A stretch of 64,000 bases of DNA. Source: Candidatus Hydrogenedentota bacterium. Its GTDB lineage: Bacteria; Hydrogenedentota; Hydrogenedentia; Hydrogenedentales; JAEUWI01. Numbering within the stretch: the stretch's first letter is position 1; every line of letters starts with the position of its first letter. The stretch lies in NCBI GenBank assembly GCA_034669905.1, contig JAXMOL010000009.1:1-64000 (forward strand), written 5' to 3'. The position numbers were made by a program, and so were the translations under genes. Below the pieces are notes generated by a model. The model was given only the letters and a program-made list of their open reading frames with translations. It did no database searches and had not been told where the DNA came from. Positions 20,028 through 28,900 of the stretch are shown piece by piece.

Positions 20028-21493
20028 AAAAACGAATCGGCGTAGCGGGCTTTATGCACGAGTCCAACACCTTTGCCACCACCCCAACAACCCGGAAGCA
20101 CTTTGAAGAGGCCTATCTCCATCGGGGAGAGGCCCTGGTGCCCGTTTGGAGCGAAGCCCATCATGAGCTCGGGGGCATGCTGGAAGGGGGGGCCACGCAG
20201 GACTTCGAAGTCGTTCCGGTCATGGCCGCCTGGGCCACACCAGGTGGCACCGTGAGCTCCGAGGCCTATGAGTCCATCTGCGGTGAGTTACTCGATGCCC
20301 TTCGCGAGGCAGGTCCATTGGATGGACTGCTCCTGGCCTTGCACGGCGCGATGGTCTCCGAGTCGGTAGACGATGCCGACGGAGAAACCCTCGCGCGGGT
20401 TCGTGATTTGTTGGGGCCCGACGTGCCTATTGTGTTGACGTTGGACATGCACGGCAACGTATCCCCTCGAATGGCGGAGCTCCCTGATGTCCTGGTCGCC
20501 TATCGGACTTATCCCCATGTCGATCAACGTGCCCGGGGGATCGAGGCCGCAGGCATTATGGCGGATATCCTCTCGGGCACGGTCCAGCCCTGTCAGGCCC
20601 ACGTGAAATTGCCCCTGCTGATTCATATTGTGCAGCAGTACACCGGCGACGGGCCCATGGCCGAGCTCTACGAGGAGTTGGAGCGTATTGCTTCGCTGCC
20701 TGAGGTGGTGACCGTGTCGTTGTTGCCGGGATATATCTATGCAGACTCCCCGTATATGGGCGTCTCCGTATTGGTCACGACCCACGAGGATGAAGCCCGG
20801 GCGAAGGTCCTCGCACAGGACTTTGCCGATTTTATCTATGCGCGGCGGGAAGCCCTCAACGCGGGCCTGCCGTCGGTAGACGAGGCGGTGAAGGAAGCCA
20901 TCGAGACCGAGGGCACGGTTTGTCTCATGGACAGTGGCGACAACATTGGCGCGGGTGGTCCAGGCGACAGCACGATTATCTTTGAAGCGCTACGGGAGGC
21001 GGGTGCCACCCGGGTTTGTGTGGTGCTCTGTGATCCGGAAGTCGCGGCGGCCTGTTACGAGGCCGGCAATGGGGCCCGGCTCAGTCTGAGCATCGGCGCC
21101 AAGACGGATGATAAGCATGGCAAGCCTCTTGCCATCGAAGGGGTGGTCCAGCGTCTCACCGATGGCCTGTATCTGGAGACCGAGGCCCGACACGGTGGTA
21201 CCCGCGAGTACGACCAGGGGCGGACGGCACTCCTCCACACGGTGGGAGGGCATAAGATTGTCATCAATAGCCTGCGGGTGATGCCCACGAGCCTGGAGCA
21301 GTTGGTCAGCGTCGGGGTGGACGTGGAAGCCATGGAGGTCATCATCGTCAAGGGGGTTACGGCGCCGCGGGCGGCCTACGACCCCATCGCGGTGAAATGC
21401 ATCTGTGTCGACTCGCCCGGAGTAACCCGCGCGGGCCCCGATGCCTTTGTGTATACCAAACGCCCCAAGCCACTGTATCCGCTGGATGCCTGA
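20024..21493 (+). CDS. MlrC / M81-family metallopeptidase
   Basis: HESNTF, LALHGAM, LDMHGN, YRTYPHVD and DSGDNIGAGGPGD. ATGA overlap with the upstream gene. Confidence 0.92.
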   Translation: MKKRIGVAGFMHESNTFATTPTTRKHFEEAYLHRGEALVPVWSEAHHELGGMLEGGATQDFEVVPVMAAWATPGGTVSSEAYESICGELLDALREAGPLDGLLLALHGAMVSESVDDADGETLARVRDLLGPDVPIVLTLDMHGNVSPRMAELPDVLVAYRTYPHVDQRARGIEAAGIMADILSGTVQPCQAHVKLPLLIHIVQQYTGDGPMAELYEELERIASLPEVVTVSLLPGYIYADSPYMGVSVLVTTHEDEARAKVLAQDFADFIYARREALNAGLPSVDEAVKEAIETEGTVCLMDSGDNIGAGGPGDSTIIFEALREAGATRVCVVLCDPEVAAACYEAGNGARLSLSIGAKTDDKHGKPLAIEGVVQRLTDGLYLETEARHGGTREYDQGRTALLHTVGGHKIVINSLRVMPTSLEQLVSVGVDVEAMEVIIVKGVTAPRAAYDPIAVKCICVDSPGVTRAGPDAFVYTKRPKPLYPLDA

Positions 21494-21501
21494 TGCGCTA
21501 G

Positions 21502-24231
21502 TCAGTACTCATATTCCTCGATGATTGTCGTGCTGGGGTCCACTACAAAAAAGCGCCGGTTGGCCGTGTCGAAGGCGATTTCCGGTGCCCGGGGGTAGGG
21601 GGTTCCCAGGGCCAACGTGTTGGGGGCTTCGGACAGGTCACTGCGTCGGATGCTGTTGATGGTGACCGCGTAGCCTTCCGTACTGTCCACCTGGCGGGCC
21701 GTCCAGTAGAGGTCCTGGTTGACGTCGACGCCACGGATGACCTGACCCGTGGCAAGGCTCTCCCCGGTGGCCATGCCCGTAGCAGGATCAATTACGAGGG
21801 GCCCCACGAAGAGGCGTGCCATGGGGACGTCCTGCACCAGCCAGTCTTCTTCCGGGGCATCGCTTTGGTCGCCAAGCGCCGCACTGAGATCGGTGCTTCC
21901 GAGCAGGCTATAGTCGTTGTTGGTGTCGTATCGGTGGAGTAAGCCATTCAGCCGGTCGAAGAGATAAAGCACCCCGTCGTCGAAGGTGCTGTATTGGACC
22001 TGAAGCTCTCCCGCGCGTGCCATCGCGATTCCCGGCGTGGCGTCGGGTACATCGAGCTCGGCGATGGCGCTACCCGTGCCGAGGGCGATAATGCGCACCT
22101 GACCAAACTCCGGATAGACCACGGCAGCCCGGCTGCTGGTGGGGTCGATGGCGAAATCGGGGCGGCGCTCGGTGGTGCCCCGCGGGAATCCGGTGGAGAA
22201 GCTGCCCGTAGATGCGGGCGTCTCTCCGGAGGCAAAAGACTCGAGGGTACTGTCCCAGGCGTTCAGCACATACAGGGTGGTGCCCACAGCCCGAAGGGGA
22301 GAGGGCCAACGTCCCGATACAAACAGGTTGGCTGTATCTTCTCCGGCATCCAGCCGGAATAAGTAATTTCCGCCGAAAATACTCGCACCCACCAGGCCAC
22401 CATCCAGGATAACGGCATCTTCCACACTGGTGCCCACGCTGCCCCGGGTGGTGAAGGTGGGAAAGGGGGCCGCTTCAAAGCCAAAATCACGCCCATCGGT
22501 GCTGTCTGGACTGAGGATGAAATCCGCCACGGGATCCACGGCGAAATGGGTATTGCCATCGCCCAGATTGATGGTGTCGATGGGCGAGGTCGTTTGTCCC
22601 GTGTTCGGGTTGTAGGCGAATAGGCGGGCTCCCTGGGGGGCCACTTCGCCATTCTCCGGGAGACTCAGGCCCATGGTGAGGAGCCGATCGCCGGCGGGAT
22701 CGTAGTGGAGGTCAGTTAGCTCGACTGCTGAGGGCAGGGGAAGGGAGCGGGGATTGCTCCCATCGAGGGCGTAGACCCCCAATCCATTGCTGCCCCGAAT
22801 GAAGAAGCGGCTACCGGGAATGTCGACCACCATCTGATGTGCTTGTCCAGCCCCCGAACCGGGCATGTCGAAGGTTACCGTGCCCGTGCGGGTATTGGTG
22901 GCCGTATCGAAAATCCCCAGGCTTCCGTCGGCGCTTTCCGAGGCTGTGTTTAGTACGAGTAGTTCCCCCGTGTCGGTATTTAATTCGATGTGGGGGGCCG
23001 TACCGTTGAATTCCGTTGTGCTACCCGTCTCCGCGAGGGTGGTCGCGTCCAGAAACAACAGGCTGGGGGACGTTTCCCGTGTAATATAGAGCGTGTTGTT
23101 CGCCGTGCTCACCACCAAATCGAGGAACCCTTCTCCCACCGAGACCGTTGCGGTCACCGTATCACTTTCGACATCGATACGGGCGACTTGTCGGGTGTTC
23201 AAGTCCACCACATAAAGGACGGTTCCACCGGGTGCCACAAAGGGAATTTTTTCGCCGGGTAAGACGAATCCCGTATTCAGATAGCCAGGATTCTCGAGAT
23301 AATAGGCATCTCGAATCGAAACGAATGGGGTAAATAGTCCCGTGAGAAAGAAGCGCTGATTGGTCGTGTCTGCCGCCACGCGTTGACGCCGGACTTGATT
23401 GGGAATGTCGGACAGGCCCGACGGGTCCCGAAGATTTACCTGATTGACCCGCTCGATAGCGACAGGAGCGCCAGAGGAAATGGTCAGGTCTACGGCGGTG
23501 CCTTCGTTGACCATGGTCTCGGCGGCGATAGATTGACTAATCACGTCGCCCGTGGACACCGTTTCACTTTCCATCATCGTGATCGTGCCGATGACGAGCC
23601 CGAGATTACTCAGGGTGGTTTCTGCCTCGGTGCGGCTTTGGCCCACCACATTGGGGACTGCGACCGTGGCCGGGCCTGTGCTGATGACCAGATCGACTGA
23701 GCCGTTGGGGATGATGTCCGTACCAGCAGCAGGATCCTGACGGATGACCTGCCCGCCGGGAACGGTCGCACTCGACTCGGTCGTCACGGTGCCCAGTGAA
23801 AGGCCCGCTGCGATCAACGCCGTCTCGGCCGTGGCCTGGGTGAGGCCCGACAGAATGGGCACGGTCACGAGGGTGCCGGTGACGGTGATGGTGACGCTGT
23901 CCGGCGTTCCGCTTCCCATGTTGTCGAAGACGGTGAGGGACAACACGTAGGTGCCGGGTACATCGGGCTGGAAGGTAGGCTGTGCTGTGCCCACATTACT
24001 AAGACTCGCGGTACTGCCTTCGGGACGGCTGGTGAAGACCCATTGATAGGTGAGCGTATCGCCGTCCGCATCGGCGGACCCACTGCCATCGAGGGTCACC
24101 GTTGCCCCGAGACTGACCGCCTGATCGGGGCCCGCATTCGGCACCGGGAGTGTGTTCGTGGCGGGACAGCCGGAAAGCCAGACCAGAAGCAGCGGAAACA
24201 GCAGGGCAGCAGACACGAAACGCATCATCAT
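21502..24231 (-). CDS. Lipoprotein with PKD domain, two PASTA domains and a YVTN-like beta-propeller region
   Basis: Lipobox WLSGC. PKD motif NAGPDQAV...LDGSGSADADGDTLTYQW. PASTA repeats VPILSGLTQATAETAL...GQVIRQDP and VPNVVGQSRTEAE...GDVISQS. Confidence 0.8.
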   Translation of the reverse strand: MMMRFVSAALLFPLLLVWLSGCPATNTLPVPNAGPDQAVSLGATVTLDGSGSADADGDTLTYQWVFTSRPEGSTASLSNVGTAQPTFQPDVPGTYVLSLTVFDNMGSGTPDSVTITVTGTLVTVPILSGLTQATAETALIAAGLSLGTVTTESSATVPGGQVIRQDPAAGTDIIPNGSVDLVISTGPATVAVPNVVGQSRTEAETTLSNLGLVIGTITMMESETVSTGDVISQSIAAETMVNEGTAVDLTISSGAPVAIERVNQVNLRDPSGLSDIPNQVRRQRVAADTTNQRFFLTGLFTPFVSIRDAYYLENPGYLNTGFVLPGEKIPFVAPGGTVLYVVDLNTRQVARIDVESDTVTATVSVGEGFLDLVVSTANNTLYITRETSPSLLFLDATTLAETGSTTEFNGTAPHIELNTDTGELLVLNTASESADGSLGIFDTATNTRTGTVTFDMPGSGAGQAHQMVVDIPGSRFFIRGSNGLGVYALDGSNPRSLPLPSAVELTDLHYDPAGDRLLTMGLSLPENGEVAPQGARLFAYNPNTGQTTSPIDTINLGDGNTHFAVDPVADFILSPDSTDGRDFGFEAAPFPTFTTRGSVGTSVEDAVILDGGLVGASIFGGNYLFRLDAGEDTANLFVSGRWPSPLRAVGTTLYVLNAWDSTLESFASGETPASTGSFSTGFPRGTTERRPDFAIDPTSSRAAVVYPEFGQVRIIALGTGSAIAELDVPDATPGIAMARAGELQVQYSTFDDGVLYLFDRLNGLLHRYDTNNDYSLLGSTDLSAALGDQSDAPEEDWLVQDVPMARLFVGPLVIDPATGMATGESLATGQVIRGVDVNQDLYWTARQVDSTEGYAVTINSIRRSDLSEAPNTLALGTPYPRAPEIAFDTANRRFFVVDPSTTIIEEYEY

Positions 24232-24315
24232 GGATTCCTTTGAAAATCGGGCCATGCACGGCGCTTCGGTCTGCCGCGTCGGCCGGTACGATTGTTGTGA
24301 TCTTCGGGAATGGCG

Positions 24316-25473
24316 TTACGCGGGCGTTATCTTGCCCAGAATAACCCGACGCTCCGCCCCCGTCGCGTGGGGGACATTTGCTTCGGTACCCATGATGCAT
24401 TCGTTGCCGAGGATAGCAAAGGCGATGGCCTCGCGGGCGTCGGTGGGGATGCCGTATTGGTCGCTGGTAAAGACCTGACTGCCAGAGAAGCCTTCTTCCA
24501 GACGCTTGTAGAGGGTCTTATTGTGGGCTCCTCCGCCTCCAATGATAATGTGCTCCGCCGGGGTCTCGGGCTTGATAAAACGCTCGTAGGCGTCGATGAT
24601 GCTCACGGCGACGGCCTCGGTGACGGTCGCGATGAGATCTTCCAGCGAGTGTTCTGCCCGGGCGTTGAGGGCATCACGCAAATATACCTGCATCCCGAAT
24701 TCTTCCCGGCCCGTGCTCTTGGGCGGTACCTTGGTGAAGAAAGGATGGTCCAGAAGATATTCCAGGAACTCATCAATGACCATTCCTTTGCCCGCGGCCC
24801 TCCCGTCGATGTCCATTTCCCGCTCGCCCCGGGTCAACAGACGCATGGCACCATCAATGGCCATATTACCGGGGCCGGTATCAAAGGCGGAAATGTTGCG
24901 GAACTCCGGCGTTACCACGGTGTAGTTGGCGATACCGCCGATATTCAAACAGGAGATAGAGCGCTTGAGACGGTGAAAAAGAAGCCAATCCACGTAGGGT
25001 ACCAAGGGAGCCCCTTCGCCCCCTGCGGCCATATCCCGTGGGCGAAAGTCGGATACGACGTGAACGCCACATCGCTCAGCAATGATGGCCGACTGGCCGA
25101 TTTGCAAGGTGCCCGTGCGCTCGTTGGAGCGGGGGGGGAGGTGGGCAAGGGTATGTCCATGTGAAGCCACGAAATCGACGGGGGTCTCGTCTTCCTGGGC
25201 CTTATCGATCATGGCTTGCGCCGCTTCGGCGAAGCGTTCGCCCAACTCGAAATCGAGGGTGCACGCGTCCTTGATGGAGAGGTGTTCGTCGAGTAGTCGA
25301 TTCTTTAAGCCGGCCGTGTAAGGAAAGGTTTCATGGGCGATGAGTTTCATCGCGAGGGCCTTCCCCGTGCCCTTGATGCGGACCAGGGCCGCGTCTACGC
25401 CATCGCAGGAACTGCCGGACATGAGTCCCACGCAGAACCGCGCCTGTTTCGCCTGAATTACACGTAGATCCAT
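24316..25473 (-). CDS. anmK: Anhydro-N-acetylmuramic acid kinase
   Basis: GLMSGSSCDGVD, SHGHT, DFRPRDMAAGGEGAPLVP, NIGGIAN, FDTGPGN, PKSTGREEF and EAIAFA. Confidence 0.95.
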   Translation of the reverse strand: MDLRVIQAKQARFCVGLMSGSSCDGVDAALVRIKGTGKALAMKLIAHETFPYTAGLKNRLLDEHLSIKDACTLDFELGERFAEAAQAMIDKAQEDETPVDFVASHGHTLAHLPPRSNERTGTLQIGQSAIIAERCGVHVVSDFRPRDMAAGGEGAPLVPYVDWLLFHRLKRSISCLNIGGIANYTVVTPEFRNISAFDTGPGNMAIDGAMRLLTRGEREMDIDGRAAGKGMVIDEFLEYLLDHPFFTKVPPKSTGREEFGMQVYLRDALNARAEHSLEDLIATVTEAVAVSIIDAYERFIKPETPAEHIIIGGGGAHNKTLYKRLEEGFSGSQVFTSDQYGIPTDAREAIAFAILGNECIMGTEANVPHATGAERRVILGKITPA

Positions 25474-25941
25474 GGGTAATCTTTCTTCCATTCGGTCACG
25501 CGATAGGGATCCGCCCCGATGCGGAAGCCCGTTTTGCCTCGCCAATATCAGATTTGCCTGCGGCTCTCAGGGGCCGTGGGGCAACAGAATTACTGTGCAC
25601 AGCACGGTTAAACTCTTGACAGCAGCTTTCTTGTGACTGTAGCACAATAGAGAGAAATGAGCAAACGGGTGGGGCAGATTTCAGGGGGGTTGGCGGTGCC
25701 TCGACCATCGAAGTAGAGGCCTCCCCCCCAAGAAACAGGTTCATGGGCGATTCGTGCGCACCAACAACAAGTCCGTCTGTACAAACGAACTGAAAAACCC
25801 GATCGCGCGGCACGTCTGGCTTCTGATTTTGTCTGAAAGAATGGGTGGGGACCTGTGTCGCAAACAAACATGGCGACACGGTCTCGGAACCGACATGTGT
25901 ATATTCGACTAAACCCTCCCCATTTATTGCCCAAGCACCAT

Positions 25942-25977
25942 AAAAAAGGCCCCCGGTCTTCATCGAAAACCGGGGGC
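25942..25977 (-). terminator. Rho-independent terminator of the giant adhesin gene
   Basis: The minus strand reads GCCCCCGGT-loop-ACCGGGGGC-CTTTTTT, just past the stop at 25994. Confidence 0.8.
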
Positions 25978-25993
25978 TGGGAATCGTGTCGGG

Positions 25994-28900
25994 CTAGTGG
26001 TGAGGTGCTTGCCGCGCCCGGCGCCACTGGTGCATGAGCAATATTGACAGCGTCAGCAGGATTACCAGGCCATTCCCGACGGGGAAGGGCGAGCCGTCCG
26101 TGGACAGACCACAGCCAAAGGCTTTCGGCGCGATGCCCAGACCGGTTACAGAGGCCGTCACCAAACCGCCACCGTCGCCGGAGTAGGTCAGTGTGCCCGC
26201 AAAGGCGGCTCCCGCATTGGGAGAGAAGCGGACCAGGAAGGAGTGGGTCTCGCCATGGGCCAGGTCATAGCTGGCTTCTCCAATCAAGGAGAAAACACCA
26301 GTGGCGTCCCGGAGCTCCACGGTACCGACCAGTTGCTCGCCGCCGTCGTTGGTGATGGTCACCATGCGCTCCACGGTGTCGTTGACGTCAACTTCCCCGA
26401 GGTCAAGCACGTCACTGGCAGAAGGCACCGTCACGAGAATCGGCGGCTTGAGGGATTCCAGTGCGACGATAGCGCCAATTTTCGTGAGGTTCGCGGTCAG
26501 GGTGGTGCCGGAACTCACGGGGCTACGTGTCGCGGAAGCGGACCAGGTTTCGAGGCCCGGTACCACGGTGAAGCCCGAATCGGGCTCATCGACCACGACA
26601 GCGCTGTTTCGGTAGAAGGTGGCCGTGTCCTCTGGAGAGAAGTCCAGTCCATTCAACGAAATCCTGACGACCCGTTGTGCCACGCGGGAATCACTGAGCG
26701 CGGTGAAGTCACTCTCGCCGATAGTGCGAACCACCACGCTGATGTCGATCCAGGGACTTCCCGCGACGAGATCGGCAGGCAGCTCATCCAGCGCTTCGGC
26801 CTGCTGCCGGGTAAAAAGGCTCTCGGCATCGCAGGACATGGCAACAATCAGGATGCCCTCTTCCCCTTCATTCAAAAGGCCGTGGGGTACCTGCAGATCC
26901 AAGTACTGCGATGAATCGGCCGGGTTAGTGACGCGGACTTCGATGTTGGGCCCGGGTATATTGCGGCCGCGCCAGTAATGCATCACCACGCTGCGGTCAC
27001 AATTGACACTTTCCACGGTGTGGGCCCATCGGGAGCCATCATTGACCAGAATGGAGAACGGGTCATCCAGATAGCCGTTGGCGTTGTCATCCACGCCGTT
27101 GCGAATCTCGAAGGTAAATTCTTCGGACTGTACGGTCTGTCCCGTCGTTTCCAGTGTGGCCGTGGCGCGCACGCGGTAGGCGTTGTTTACGGGCAACGTA
27201 AAGGTCGCCGGGGCGAGGCCGCGCAGCTGCTTCTGCATGCCTTCCACGGGGAGGGCCGCGGCAAACACGGGATTCTGTTTGCCGAAATCATCGGCGCTTT
27301 GAAGCTCCTCGGGAATGAGGAAGCCATCGCGATCCTGGTCGAGGTTGTCAAAGCGCGTGGCCGAGAGTCCCGGAAGGCGGGCGCCCACTTCCACGGGGGA
27401 GAGGGCCAGGTCGCTGTTGAGATCCAAGTCGGTGAAGACCGATTGGAGGTAGGCCGGAAGGTCAATTTCGGCTTCCAGTTCCTGCCGGGTCAACACGCCG
27501 TTGTCGTTGAGATCCACGATGCTGTAGCGGAGGGCGTCAAAGTCCAGCCCCGCAGCTTCGGTCTCCGCAAAGGAAAGGCCCGTGCTGTTGTCCACATTGA
27601 GCTCTGCAAAGCTCTCCAGCAGGACGCTGGCGAAATCCGACAGGATAACGGCGGCGTCGAGCTCGTCTTCGCTGAGGAAGGTGTCGCCATCGAAATCGAT
27701 GGTGTTGAAACGGGCCGCGGTAATGCCGATGCGGCTGAAGGACACTTCGTCATAGTCCAGGCCGTTGTTGAAGTCGGCATCGAGGGCGTCGAAATTGAGG
27801 AGGAAGTACTCCGCCAGATCGGTGATGAGGATACTTTCTGAGCCGATGTCATAGGTAAAGGTAACATCTTCTGCGTTGCAGGCGAGCGCTACGTTGACGT
27901 CGACCTCCGCATTGAACGTTACATCCAACAGGGTCGCCTCCGGTGCTGCGAGTAGATCACCGGTGGGTTGTACCAACACCACGCTGTCTTCAATCAGCAT
28001 GCAGGCTACCTGGGTCTGCAGTTCGCGCTGGGACACGCCGGGATTTTGTTCCAATCCATCAAAGAGGGCCCGGGTGACCGTGCGGGCACTCCGCGGCACT
28101 TCGTCATAGGTCAACTGCCCGCTGAGGTCGCGATCAAGCGACGCGAAGGCCGCGAGCAGGCTGCTGAGGTCGGCGTTGAGCAGAATCGCCGACTGCAACT
28201 CGGAGGGCGTGAGGAAACTGTCGCCATCGGTGTTCATATAGCGGAAAGCCGCCTCGGTCAGGCCGGGGACCTGGGTCCGTGCTTCGACAAGTGTCAGCCC
28301 TTCGTCTTCGTCGATATCGGCCAATTCAAAATTGTCGAAGAGACGTTGGGCATTGGCGGTGAGGCTGATGCCCACCTCGAGTTCGGCGGCGGATACTTCC
28401 GTTTCCACGTTCAGCTGGTTGAAGCGCTCCTGGGTGAAGCCGGGCAGAAAGACGCGAATTTCCTCGAGGGTCAATACGCCATCGTTGTTACGGTCTGCGA
28501 GCGAGAAGTTGTTCAGCAAGACCTCGGAGGCCACGCTGTTGTCTTCATCGTTGGCCTGATCGAGAATCGTAATGCCGAAGGCCCGCTGCACCGTTTCGCC
28601 CTGGGGATCGCGGCTGCGAATCAGCACGGTATAGCTGTCTCGGGTTTCGAAATCGAACACCACGTTGCTGACGAGTTGATCCGCCACAATGGAGAAAAAT
28701 TCATTGTCGATAAAATCGTCGTCATCGGTGTTGGGGTCGTCGGGCACGAGACTGTATACGTGGAGATCACCCAAGTCGGGATCGGTGGTGCGGAGCCGTC
28801 CCACGACCGTCTTGAGCACCTGATTCTCCATAATCGTCGTGTTGTCCAACGAAATGGCCGTAGGCGGATCGTTGACCCGTGCGACGGAAATCCGAAGATT

